Shown: positions 1 through 18,281 of the stretch, piece after piece | How the letters are laid out: the number at the start of each line of letters is the position of its first letter | Numbering within the stretch: position 1 is the first letter of the stretch | DNA from: the human T2T-CHM13v2.0 reference genome, Homo sapiens | Reading direction: 5' to 3' (one strand) | NCBI RefSeq assembly: GCF_009914755.1 | Contig: NC_060940.1 | Length of the DNA stretch: 64,000 nucleotides | Position numbers and translations under genes: made by a program | Notes under the pieces: generated by a model | What the model was told of the DNA's origin: nothing | Databases searched by the model: none | The model's input: only the letters and a program-made list of their open reading frames with translations

Positions 1-404
1 TCCAGCCACCTGACCTGGGCTAAATCACTTCTCAGACTAGTTTCCTCCCTTGGATAAACTGCATAGCAATAATACCCATGTCATAGGGTTGCTGGTTTGG
101 CCACATTATGATTTTTTTTCTTTTTGAGACAGAGTTTTGCTCTTATTGCCCAGGCTGGAGTACAGTGGCACAGTCTTGGTTCACTACAACCTCCGCCTCC
201 TGGGTTCAACTGATTTTTCCTGCTTCAGCCTCCCGAGTAGCTGGGATTACAGGCACCTGCCACCATGCCCAGCTAATTTTTTGTATTTTTAGTAGAGTCG
301 GGGTTTCACCATGTTGGCCAGGCTGGTCTCGAACTCCTGACCTCAGGTGGTCCACCCGCCTTGGTCTCCCAAAGTGCTGGGATTACAAGTGTGCGCCACT
401 GCTG

Positions 405-438
<34 letters not shown>

Positions 439-589
439 AGACAGAGTCTTACTCTGTCACCCAGGCTGAAGTGCAGTGGCATGATCTCGGCTCACTGCAA
501 CCTCCGCTTCCCAGGTTCAGGTGATTCTCTTGCCTCAGCCTCCTGGTAGCTAGGACTACAGACACCCGGCACCACACTCAGTCACATGG

Positions 590-1125
590 ATTTTTTTGGT
601 GGGTTCCTTCCTCCATAAGAAAAAAAGTGTTTTAAATCATATTTTATGACTGTGTTAGTATAAGGATGAATATAACAAGGCCTGGTGCAGTGGCTCATGC
701 CTGAAATCCCAGCACTTTGGGAGGCCAAAGTGGGAGAATTACTTCATCCCAAGAGTTCAAGAACAGCCTGGGCAACATGGCAAGACCCTTTCTCTACAAA
801 AAATAAAAAATATAAAAATTAGCCGGAAGTGGTGGCATGTACCTGTGGTCCCAGCTCCTCGGGAGGCTGAGGTGGGAAGACTGCCTGAGCCCAGGGGGTC
901 AAGGCTGCAGTGAGCCATGATTGTGCCACTGCACTCCAGCCTGGGCGCCAGAGCTCCTGCTCAAAAATACCAAAAACTAAAAACTAAAAATAATATATAT
1001 ATGTAATAAAGGCAGGGTTATGTTTATTTTTTCTTCTGATTTTAAAAGAAGTAAAACATTTTCATGGGGCCCTAAAAGTATTGTGGGCCTTAGGCATCAT
1101 GCCTTCTGTAAGTTCATAGGCCCTG
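590..1125 (-). mobile_element. ORSL-like hAT DNA transposon interrupted by an AluJ (679-990)
   Basis: ttcttctgattttaaaagaagtaaaacattttcatggggccctaaaagtattgtgggccttaggca...ggccctg. Confidence 0.5.
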
Positions 1126-1223
1126 GCTGCTGGAAGGAGTAAAAAAGAAAAAACATGCCAAATATGTAAAGTGCTTAGCGCAGCACTGGGCCTGGCTCTT
1201 TGTAACTTAATAAATGGTGATCA

Positions 1224-1646
<423 letters not shown>

Positions 1647-2259
1647 CTAGCACAATCTCGACTCACTGAAACCTCTGCCTCCCGGGTTCAAGTGATTCTC
1701 CTGCCTCACCCTCCTGAGTAGCGGGGATTACAGGTGCATGCCACCATGCCCGGCTAATTTTTTGTATTTTTAGTAGAGACATGGTTTCACCATATTGGCC
1801 AGGCTGCTCTTGAACTCCTGACCTCAGTTGATCTGCCCACCTTGACCTCCCAAAATGGTGGGATTACAGGCATGGGCCACCACACCTGGCCTGCAGAACT
1901 TTCTTTATTGGCATGCATTGGGACTTGCAGACTCAGCTTCAGCTGAATGTAAGGAACAGTTCCTGGGTCCATGTTTTCTCACTGTGTTCACAGAGTCTTG
2001 CAAGAGATTCTGCAAAAAGACACACAGTCTATGGCATTTATCTTGAGACGAGAGAAAGTATACATTTAAGGACATGTGCGTGAAGAATTCTGGAAGGATA
2101 AAGAAGATATTAATTTATAGCCATTACCTATTGAGAAGGAAGGATTGGGAATATTGTGAATAGGTCCAGGAGTGGGAGAGAGACTTTCCACTGTATGCCT
2201 ACTGATAGTTTTGATGTGTAAACAATGATAATAGAGTGCTGATTCAAAAATGTTAATAA

Positions 2260-2561
2260 TTTTTTTTTTTTTTTTTTTTGTGATGGAGTCTCACTCTATC
2301 ACCCATGCTGGAGTGCAGTGGCGCAATCTCAGCTCACTTCAACATCTGCCTCCCGGGTTCAAGCGGTTCTCCTGCCTCCACCTCCTGAGTAGCTGGAATA
2401 ACACTTGTGCACCACCACACCCAGCTAATTTTTGTATTTTTAGTAGAGACAGGGTTTCGCCACGTTGGCCAGGCTGGTCTCGAACTCCTGACCTCCGGTG
2501 ATCTGCCAGCCTCGGCCTCCCAAAGTGCTGGGATTACAGGCTTGAGCCACTGCACCTGGCT
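2260..2561 (-). mobile_element. AluS
   Basis: Full dimer with poly-T on the + strand; TSD caaaaat[g/c]tta[a/g]taat. Confidence 0.92.
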
Positions 2562-2576
2562 CAAAAATCTTAGTAA

Positions 2577-3270
2577 TTTTTTTGACTGTCCTAAATTGTT
2601 TATTAGGTATGAGTTTTACAAACTTTACTTATATTAGTGGTAACAGTGGAGATTGAGAGTATTGCGCCTTCTCCAAGCTGCCCGGCAAGAACCACCAATA
2701 GTGTGGTGGAACTTACGGCCCTTTCCAAGGCCATGGCTCTTTTGGCCTGCACATGCCAGCCCACGCATCTCCTTGTGCTTGTGGACTGGTTTGGTGATCC
2801 ACTGGGTGTCAGGATTTCTTCCAATAGCTTTATGGAATGGATCAATGAGGATAACCTCAAAAAATTTGTGTGTGGAATCTTCACCCATCCAGTAAGAATT
2901 CAGGACTCTTAGAGCCCCACAGTGGCGTCCAACTCACTCCTCTGCAATCAACTGTAGGCTTCAGTTAATACCATGATGGACAGGCTTGCCGTAAGTTGCA
3001 CCCTTAGGAACTGAGCATTTTCGGCCATCACGGAGAATACGAATCCCGTAGATAACATAACCTTGCTTGATCTTGTAGCCCAGTTGGTGCACTTTATCGG
3101 GCCGGGTGGGGCGGGGAGCCCTGTGGAGAGCAGAGAGCTGGCGGTACTGCCAGCAGCGGACCCTCAGAAGAAAGCTCATGACATCAGACTGCTTCTTCCT
3201 CCACAGCTCGTGGATGTACTTGTATGCACCCATCTTGGCTTACCTGATTGCTGCCGCCAGACAGAAGGGC
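2577..3270 (-). pseudogene. RPL15P20: Processed pseudogene of ribosomal protein L15 (eL15)
   Basis: Intronless copy; ATG at 3233 to TAA at 2634 gives [19 protein letters not shown]...[12 protein letters not shown]. In-frame 15-nt loss (QLKFA) and two CGA>TGA stops (2961-2963, 2934-2936). AATAAA at 2599-2604, A-tail remnant 2577-2583, TSD caaaaatctta[g/a]taat. The symbol number is from memory of the locus. Confidence 0.93.
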
Positions 3271-3404
3271 CAAAAATCTTAATAATTTTTATTTTGAAAA
3301 ATATATGCATGTGGTTAGAAAAAACTTCAAACAGTTCAAAAGGGTGAAAAGCAACTCTCCCTCTTGTACCCAGGGAGTACCTGGTAAGATATAACATCTC
3401 ATAC

Positions 3405-4000
<596 letters not shown>

Positions 4001-4189
4001 CTAGACATCAAGTTAGGGAGAGGAAGACAAACCAGAACCCACATTCCTTTTTGACGCTGTTGTTTACTTTTCCATTATAGCCATTCTAGCACAATTAGAG
4101 TAATATCTTATTGTGGTCTGTTGAAATACTTTAGAGGAAGTTACACAGATCATGATAGATTACTTTAAATGCCATGCCATATATCTCTA

Positions 4190-4520
4190 AAAATACACGT
4201 TTATGTATTGGAAGACTCAATATTGTTAAGATGGCGATACTACTCCAAAGTGATCTATAGACTTGATGTAATCTCTATGAAAATCCCAATGTCCTTGTTT
4301 GCAGACCTGGAAAATTCAAACCTAAAATTCACATGGTATCGCACCCAACAGCCAATCTTGAAAAATGAGCAGAGTTGGAAGACTCACACTTGGTGACTTC
4401 AGAATTTACTACAAAGCAACAATAATCGAAAAGTTTGGTATTGGTAGGAAGATAGGCATATAGATTAGTGGAATAGAATTGAGAGTCTGGAAATAACCCA
4501 TACATCTATGGTCAATTGTT
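4190..4520 (+). mobile_element. L1 ORF2 fragment
   Basis: ggaagactcaatattgttaagatggc...aaattcacatgg...tactacaaagcaacaataatc...catctatggtcaattg. Confidence 0.8.
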
Positions 4521-4999
4521 TTGTTTTGTTTTGTTTTTTTGACAGAGTCTCACCCTGTCACCCAGGCTGGAGTGCAAAATTATCACACCTGTAAGTTCCG
4601 AAATTTTTTCTCTTATTATTTCATCTACAGCTTTTTTTCCTGTGTTTTGTCAGTTTTATTTTTCTGAAATGCTTATTATTTAGATGTGGGATCTTTTTGT
4701 GTGACCTTCTAATGTTCTCCATTTTCTCTGATCTCTGCAAGATTTCAGCAATTTCTTTCTTCTTCCCTTTTCTTTTTTTACTTCTTGCTTTCTTAATTTC
4801 TGCGAGCTCCTTTTTGTTCCCTGAATGTTTCTTTTAAAAGATATACTGGTCGGGTGCAGTGGCTTACACCCGTAATACCAGCACTTTGGGAAGCCAATAG
4901 GAGGATCGTTTGAAGCCAGGAATTTCAGAGAAGAATTCTGCAATCTCCTCATTGAAGGTTGTGGTAGTCATACCTGACCCTGTGAATAATTCTAACCAA

Positions 5000-5672
<673 letters not shown>

Positions 5673-5709
5673 TAATTGAACAATTATTCTGTGAACAACC
5701 TGTAAACGA

Positions 5710-7340
5710 ACAACCTGAAAATTAAACTAAGGAAAGAAAATTAAGACAATCCACTTGCAATAGCACCAAAAACAATAAAAATACTTGGTAATAAATTTAA
5801 CAAAAGATGTTCAAAATTTGTACACTGAAAGCCATGAAACATTGCTGAAAGACATTAAGGAAGACCTAAACAAATAGAAAAACATCCCATGTGCATGGAT
5901 TAGAAGACTCAATATTGTTAAGATGTCAATACTACCCAAAGCAATCAACAGATTTAATGCAATTTCATTGGTCTTTTCTGCAGAAGTGGAAAGGCTGATT
6001 CTCAAATTCACATGGAATTGTAAAAGACTCCAAACAGCCACAACATTCTTGAAAAAAAGAAGAACAAAGTTGGAGGGCTCATATTTCTTGATTTTAAAGC
6101 TTACTACAAAGCTACAGTAATCAAAACAGTGTGGTATTAGCTTAAGAACAGACATATAAACCAATGAAATAGAATTGAGAGTCCACAAATAAACCTATAC
6201 AATTATGGTCAATTGATTTTTGACAGGTGTGCTAAGACAATTCAATGGGAGAAAGAATAGCCTTTTAAAAAAATTGTCCTAGGACCACTGGATAAACATG
6301 TACAAAAGGATGAAGTTGGACCCTAACCTTGCAATTACCTTAAAAATTATTATAAATATAAGAACTAAAACTATAAAACTCTCAGAAGAAAACACAAGGA
6401 TGAATTTTCATGATCTTGGACTTGGCAATTAATTCTTAGATATGACACCAAAAGTACAAGCCAAAAAAGAAAAATAGACAAATTAGACTTCATCAAATTA
6501 AAAACTTTTGTGCATTGAAGGATATTATTAAGAAAGTAAAAAGACAATGTACAGAATGGGAGAAAATATGTGCACACCATGTATCTGATAAAAGTCTATG
6601 TTTTAATGTAATTAAAACATGAACAAAGTTAATTTGTGCGGCAGCAATAAAAAAGGGAAACAAATATGAACAAAGGACTTGAATAGACATTCCTAGAAGA
6701 TACGTAAATCACCAACAGGCACATAAAAAGATGTTCAACATCATTAGTCTTTAGAGAAACACAGACAAAAACCACAGTGAGGTCTCAATTCACACACACT
6801 AGGACAGCTACAATTTTTTTTTAAAGTGTGTGTATTGGGGGGTGCAGCTGGGAACAGTGACTCATGCCAGCACTCTGGGATGCCAAGGCAGGAGGATCAC
6901 TTAAGTCCGGGAGTTTGAGACCAGCCTGGGCGACATAGCAAGACTGCCATCTCTCCAAAAAATTAAAAAATTAGCTGGGAGTGGTGGCACACCCCTGTGG
7001 TTCTAGTTACTTGGGAAACTGAGTCGGGAGGATTGAACCCAGGAGTTTGAGGTTGTAGTGAGCTATGATCATGCCACTGCATTCTAGCCAGAGCAATAGG
7101 GTGAGATCCTATCTCTAAATTACATAAATAAATAAATAAGTAAATATGCAGAAAATAACAAATGCTGACAGGAATGTGGAGATATTGGAACACTCATGCA
7201 TTGCTGGTGGAAATGCAAAATGGTTCAGCTGCTGAGAAAAACTGTTTAATGATTCGTCAAAAAGTTAAACACAGAATTACCATATATCTCAGCAATTCTA
7301 CTCCTAGAATATTCACAAAATAAATGAAAACATGCACTCA
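5710..7340 (+). mobile_element. Old L1 (L1M-type) ORF2/3' fragment interrupted by an AluJ (~6840-7145)
   Basis: ORF 5923-6120 [14 protein letters not shown]...LKFTWN resembles L1 ORF2p ILPKVIYRFNAIPIK...LKFIWN; many stops and frameshifts. Confidence 0.88.
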
Positions 7341-7381
7341 CATAGATGCACATACACACATGTCGACAGAGGCACTATTCA

Positions 7382-7928
<547 letters not shown>

Positions 7929-8806
7929 CTTCTTTTTTATTTGAGACGCAGCCTTGCTTTGTCACCCAGGCCCAGGCTGTCCCAGGCCCAGGCAGTGACG
8001 TGATCTCGGCTCACTGCAACCTCTGCCTCCTGGGTTCAAGTGATTCTCCTGCTTCGGCCTCTTGAGTAGCTGGGATTACAGGCACCCACCACTATGCCCA
8101 ACTAATTTTTGTATTTTTAGTAGAGACTGGGTTTCGCCATGTTGGCCAGGCTGGTCTCGAACTCCTGATCTCAAGTGATCCGCCAGCCTCAGCCTCCCAA
8201 AGTGCTGGGGTTACAGGCGTGAGCCACCGCACCCAACCCTTTTTTATTTTTATTTTCATTTTTTTGAGACAGGGTTTTGCTCTGTCACCCAGACTGGAGT
8301 GCAGTGATGCCATTGTGGCTCACTGCAGCGTCAACTTCCCAGGCTCAAGTGATCCTCCCAGCTTCCAAAGTAGCTGGGACCAAAGGTGTGCACCACCACA
8401 GCTGGCTAATTTTTTTTGTCTATTTTTGGTAGAGACGGGGTTTTGCCATGTTGCTCAGGCTGGTCTCCAACTGCTGAGCTCAAGTAATCCACCCACCTCA
8501 GCCTCTCAAAGTGCTGGCATTCCAGGTGTGAGCCATCACGACCAGCCAGGGATCTCACCATTCTTAAGTGCCTCTCATTGAATTCTCCTGTTGATAGTTG
8601 CATTGATTTCTCACTCCTTCTTCTACTCTGTCTCTTGCTACATCTGGACCCTCTCTCATTCATTTTCTCAAAGACATTCATCTAGAATGTCTAATTTTTG
8701 TGGTTGGGATCAATACAGTTCACTTGCTTTATGGGGTGGGAGGAGTGTAACTTTTCTTTAAACTGAATTCTAAGCAGTTTTCAGTTTTAACTCACTACAG
8801 TCTCCA

Positions 8807-9233
8807 TGCTATATTCTGAATGTTTATATCCCCCAAAATTCATATGTTGAAATCCTAACCCCTAAGGTGATGGTATTAGGAGGTGAGCCTTTGAGAGATG
8901 ATTAGGTCTTGACAGTGGAGTTCTCATGACTGGGATTAGTGCCCTTATAAAAGGGACCCCAGGCTGGATGTGGTGGCTCACGCTTGTAATGGTTCAGCTA
9001 CCAAGGCCCCCAAAGTGTTGAGATCGCTTGAGCCCAGTGGTTTGAGACCAGCCTGGGCAACATAGTGAGACGACATCTCCACTTAAAATTGAAATAATAA
9101 TAAATAAATAAAAAGGACCCCAGAGAGATCCCCTGCCACTTATCATAGGAAGGCACAGTGAAAAGACAGCTATCTAGAAAAGCAGGTCCTCTCCAGACAC
9201 TTGAATCTACCAGCATTTTGATCTTGGACTTCG
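8807..9233 (+). mobile_element. MLT1A-like MaLR LTR interrupted by an Alu monomer
   Basis: tgtttatatcccccaaaattcatatgttgaaatcctaacccc...gggattagtgcccttataaaagggacccc; the monomer is flanked by aaa[g/a]ggacccca. Confidence 0.75.
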
Positions 9234-9287
9234 GTACCATGTTACAACAGCCATACATTGTGCTACTGATATTCCATATATAATTGA

Positions 9288-9447
<160 letters not shown>

Positions 9448-9997
9448 TAGCTGGGACTACAGGCATGCACCACCACGCGCAGCTAATTTTTGTATTTTTA
9501 GTAGAGATGGGGTTTTGCCATTTTGGCCAGGCTGGTCTCGAATGCCTGACCTCAAGTGATCTGCCCACCTTGGCCTCCCAAAGTGTTGGGATTACAAGAG
9601 TGAGCCACCACTGCACCTGGTCTCTTTTCTATTCGTTTTGTTTTTTGTTTAAATAAAGACAGGGGTCTCCTTATGTTGCCCAGGCTGGTCTGGAACTCCT
9701 GACCTCAAGTGATCTGCCTCCCTCACCCTCCCAACGTGCTGGGATTACAGGCATGAGGCACTGAAACTGGCAGAATTTGAAGGTGAGGATTTGGGCTTGG
9801 CAGGGAAAGTCCACGCAGAGCAGAGCTATGAGGAAGACTGAAGCCCAAGCCCAAGGTCTCTCATGACAGTTAGGCCTTTTTTGGTAAAAGATCTGAAAGT
9901 CTGAATTTGGGGATCCTGTAAATAAAACGTTCATGGGTAGGGCTGAATCCAGGATGCAAATGAAGCCATCATGAGTCTGTTTTTCTCCCTTTCTTGA

Positions 9998-10279
<282 letters not shown>

Positions 10280-10363
10280 TAGCACGTCCGGCTAATTTTT
10301 GTATTTTTAATAGAGACGGGGTTTCATCATGTTGGCCAGGCTGGTCTGGAGCTCCTGACCTCA

Positions 10364-10453
<90 letters not shown>

Positions 10454-10631
10454 TTACATTGTGACTCTTGGGCTGTGACTAGGTCACATGATCTCTTTGA
10501 ACCAATCACTGTGTCCAGATGAATGCAATGCACTCATTGTCTAAGGCTGGGAACACATTTTGGGCACAGGGAATGGCCTTTCAAAACTGTACATCAAATC
10601 ATGTCCCTTTCCAGTCTGAGGTCCTATCCAG

Positions 10632-11282
<651 letters not shown>

Positions 11283-11424
11283 TCAAAACCAGACAAAGAT
11301 ATCTGCAAAGATAACAGGAAATAATATTTCTCCCAAGGACACTGCAGCTGTCAAGTGCCATGGTGACTTCCTACTGTGAACCACTGCTTTCTGACTTGCT
11401 GAGAAACTTTGTTCCAGGAAATCA

Positions 11425-11863
<439 letters not shown>

Positions 11864-11939
11864 TCAGATAAGGGTTCCCTGAACAAAGTGGTCCACATTT
11901 ACTAAACTTTAGAAGTTAATTTTTGCCTTTGTTTGGTGA

Positions 11940-12206
<267 letters not shown>

Positions 12207-12329
12207 TGAACTCCTAGCTTCAAGTGATCCCCCAGCCTCGGCCTCCCAAAGTGCTGGGATTATAGGCGTGAGCCACCATCCAGCCTTTCCTTGTTTTCAA
12301 TAAATGAATAAACCTGACTTTCTCACTAA

Positions 12330-12573
<244 letters not shown>

Positions 12574-13060
12574 GTCTAAATGTTCTGAGTACATAAGTGA
12601 GCAAAACATAGCTAAATCCCTCCATCATGGAGCTGAAATTCTAGTGGGAAAAAGAAAAGGATTTACATACTTACAAGACACCATAAATACATCTAGTATA
12701 TGACTTGTATATAACTTAGGGTAATTAAATGGTAAGAAAAGAAGTGGCCGGGCATGGTGGCTCACACCTGTAATCCCAGCACTTTGGGGGGCCGAGGTGG
12801 GCGGGTCACCTGAGGCCAGGAGTTCAAGACCAGCCTGGCCAACATGGCAAAACCCTATCTCTACTAAAAATACAAAAATTAGCTGGGCGTGGTGGTGCCA
12901 ACCCGTAATCCCAGCTGCTCGGGAAGCTAAGGTGGGAGGAAGCACCATGCCCGGCCTGCTTCCACTTTTTGGCTACTGTGAATAATGCTGTTGTGAACAT
13001 GGGTGTACAAATATCTGTTCAAACCCCTGCTTTCACTACTTCTTTTTTTTTTTTTTTTGA

Positions 13061-13165
<105 letters not shown>

Positions 13166-13654
13166 TGAGTATCTGGGATTACAGGCACGCGCCACTGTGC
13201 CCGGCTAATTTTATATTTTTAGTAGAGAGAGGATTTCTCCTTGTTGGTCAGGTTGGTCTCGAACTCATGACTTCAGGTAATGCACCTGCTTCGGGATCCC
13301 AAAGTGCTGGGATTACAGACGTGAGCCACTGCGCCCGGCCTCTCTTATTTTGGTTATATACCTAGAAGTAGAATTGTTGTATTTTTTTCCAGCAGGATTT
13401 TATACCAAGGACAAAGGGAGGCCATGGGAAGCTGCATGCAGGGTGCTTTACTAGGTCCCCTGGGGCTGCTGTGAGGCATTCTGATTGTAGTGGGGAAAGA
13501 AAGGAAGTGGGGAGACCAAGGAGGAGGTAGGTACAGAAGTTCAGGTCACAGGTAGCAGCAGCTTCAAGGTCCCAATCTGGGCCAGGCGCTCACGCCTGTA
13601 ATCCTAGCACTTTGGGAGGCCAAGGCGGGCGGATCACTTGAGGTCAGGAGTTCA

Positions 13655-13936
<282 letters not shown>

Positions 13937-14459
13937 TTACAAATAGTGAAAAGTACTCCTAAATAAATGAACAAGAACAGAGTGCTGTGATTACAGGAAA
14001 TAAAAAGAGGAACTCTGGCATTCTCTGTGCTACCTATCAGTTTAGTGATGCTTGAAATCCAAAATTCAAATCTTGCATTTTAATCATGAATCACTTTGCT
14101 GCCAGTTGAGTGGGTTTGATGCAGGGCCGAGTCTGTTGGTCTAAGGGTTTGTTACATTGTGAGAGCCCCTAATGGGGAGGAAGGGGCTTAGAAATAAGGC
14201 AAAGGGGGTGGTTTGAGCCTGTGGCTGAAAGAGTTGCACAGAGAGGCTTGGTGGTTAGGAGCAGAGCTGAGCCTTATCTCTGCCACATCCCAGCTGCTGG
14301 ATCTGCAACAAATTACTTCTTCCCTCTAAACCCGGTTTCCGCTTTTGGAAAATGGTAGACTAATTGGTTTGGTCTATAATTACTTCCTTCTTTGTTTTGG
14401 TCACTCCTGTGTCTACAGCACCTAATACAGTATCCGGCACACAGGAGACTCGCAATAAA

Positions 14460-14611
14460 TTTCTTTCTTGCTTTTCTTTCTTTCCTTGTCTTTCCCTCCT
14501 TCCCTCCCTCCCTTCTTTCTTTCTCGCTGTCTGTCTTTGTCGCTCTTTCTCTTTCTTTCTTTCTCTCTCTCTCTTTTCTTTCTTTCTCTCTCTCTCTTTC
14601 TTTCCTTTCTT
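14460..14611. repeat. CT-rich polypyrimidine simple repeat (expanded Alu tail)
   Basis: (TTTC)/(CT)/(CCCT) mosaic abutting the minus-strand Alu at ~14610-14890. Confidence 0.85.
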
Positions 14612-14718
14612 GATGGAGTCTCACTCTGTCTCTGAGACTGGAGTGCAGTGGCGCCATCTCGGCTCACCTCAACCTCTGCCTCCTGGGTTCAAGTGATTCT
14701 CCTGCCTCCACCTCCTGA

Positions 14719-15054
<336 letters not shown>

Positions 15055-15209
15055 TTACAAAAAATGTTAGTCAGGCGTGGTGGTGTCCCCCATAGTCACA
15101 GCTACTTGGGGGGCTAAGGCAGGAAGATTGCTTGAGTCCAAGAGTTTGAGGCTACAGTGAGCACCCACTGCTCTCTAGCCTGAAGAACAGAGCAAGAGCA
15201 AGATCATAG

Positions 15210-15443
<234 letters not shown>

Positions 15444-15609
15444 TAATTTATGTATTTTTAGTAGAGATGCGGGTCTGCCATGTTGGCCAGGCTGGTCTTG
15501 AACTCCTGACCTCAAGTGATCCACCCACCTTGGCTTCCCAAAGTGATGGGTGGGATTACAGGCATGAGCCACTGCACCTAGCCAAGCTCAATGAATTTTA
15601 AAATATAAA

Positions 15610-15620
15610 TGTGTGTGTAC

Positions 15621-15672
<52 letters not shown>
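15610..15672. repeat. Compound (TG)n(TA)n microsatellite
   Basis: gtgtgtgtac(gt)n(at)n read directly. Confidence 0.9.
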
Positions 15673-15768
15673 GTTTAAAACCACATAACTACCACCAAAT
15701 CAAGTTATAGAACATTTACATCTCCCTAGGACATTTCTTCCTATCTTGACTTTGATCAACATATGTTG

Positions 15769-15771
<3 letters not shown>

Positions 15772-15809
<38 letters not shown>
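15772..15809. repeat. (TTA)n microsatellite (Alu tail)
   Basis: Run of tta units before the minus-strand AluJ body. Confidence 0.9.
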
Positions 15810-15812
<3 letters not shown>

Positions 15813-16103
15813 AGACAGGGTCTACCTCTGTTGCCCAGGCTGGAGTGCAGTGTTGCAATCGTACACAATTCACCGCAGTCTGGAACTCTGGGGCTCAAGC
15901 AATTCTCCTATCTCAGTTTCCTGAGTAGCTAGGACCACAGGTGTGTGCCAATATGCCCAGCTAATCTTTAAAATTGTTTTGTTGAGGCAGGCATGGTGGC
16001 TCACGCCTGTAACCCCAGCACTTTGGGAGGCCGAGGCAGGTGGATCACAAGGTCAGGAGTTTGAGACCAGCCTGGCTAACATGGTGAAACGCCGTCTCTA
16101 CTA

Positions 16104-16310
<207 letters not shown>

Positions 16311-16799
16311 TCACTATGTTGCCCAGGCTGGTCTCAAACTTCTGGCCTGATGAGCAATCCGCCTGCCTGGGCCTCCCAGATTGCTGGTATTACAGACATG
16401 AGCCACAGTGCCTGGCTCTTGAATAATGTATATTAGTTTTGCCTATTGTTGAACATCGTGTAAATGAGATCATGGCAAATATGCTCTTTTGTGTCTGGCT
16501 TGTTTTGCTCCTTGTTGTGTTTTGTGGGATTCATACATATTGTTGCTATTATGAACATTTTTTGTAGATGTGTTTTGGTGGATGTAAGCTCACCTTTCTT
16601 TTGGAGGCGAGTGGAATTTCTGTGTCACTATGTAATTGTATGTTTCACTTTAGCACGAATTATTAGTTTTCTTTCTTTTTTGGAGATGGAGTCTCACTCT
16701 GTCACCTAGGCTGGAGTGAAGTGGTGCGATCTTGGCTCAGAGCAACCTGTGCCTCCTGGGTTCAAGTGAGTGTTGTGCCTCAGCTCCCCAAGTAGCTGA

Positions 16800-17240
<441 letters not shown>

Positions 17241-17845
17241 TAGTTTTCCAAAGTAGTTAAGCCAATTTATATACCTCCCAACAGAGCGTGCCTTTTCCAG
17301 TTAATCCACGTCTTTGTCTGCACTCGTAATTTTCAGTCTTTGTTTCCAGTCACTCTGGTGGGTGTATGATGGTATTTCACTGGGGTTTTATTTGCATTTC
17401 CCTGATGACTAATGAAGTTGAGCATGTTTTCATGTGCTTGCTCAATAAATATTTGTTGAAAGGATGAATAAAGAGTGAATGAATAAAACATGGAAAGAAA
17501 TCCAACTCTGTCTTGTGCCCTGCCTAAAACCCACCAGTGGTTCCCACTGCCCCTCCTTTGGCCGACGGGTACCTGCCTGCCCTGGCTCCTTCTGACCCCA
17601 CCTGCTCCGGATGGATTTCTTTTGCTTCTTCTCTGGGTTCCTGCCATCCAGGCTGTCTTCAGTTTCCTCCAAGGACCCTCCCTGCTTCATAACTTTGCTA
17701 TAAACTGTTTTCTTCTGCCCAGAACACAACCCAGGCCCAAGGAACCCAGACGCGTTCCTTGTATCTCAGTTTGAAAGCCTCTTCCTCCAGGAAGCCTTCT
17801 CTGACTTCCACCCCCCAGCAAGGGTGGTATAAATTGCTAACTTAG

Positions 17846-17986
<141 letters not shown>

Positions 17987-18071
17987 TGAATAGCTGGGAT
18001 TACAGGCACCCACCACCATGTCCAGCTAATTTTTGTATTTTTACATTTATTTATTTATTTATTTGAGATAG

Positions 18072-18281
<210 letters not shown>

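Noticed and set aside
2634-3233. RPL15-like ORFs as a functional retrogene
   Set aside because: Two in-frame TGA stops, a 5-codon deletion and many substitutions at conserved Arg residues.
5923-6120. L1 ORF2-like peptide as an active element
   Set aside because: Short, frameshifted remnant of an old L1.
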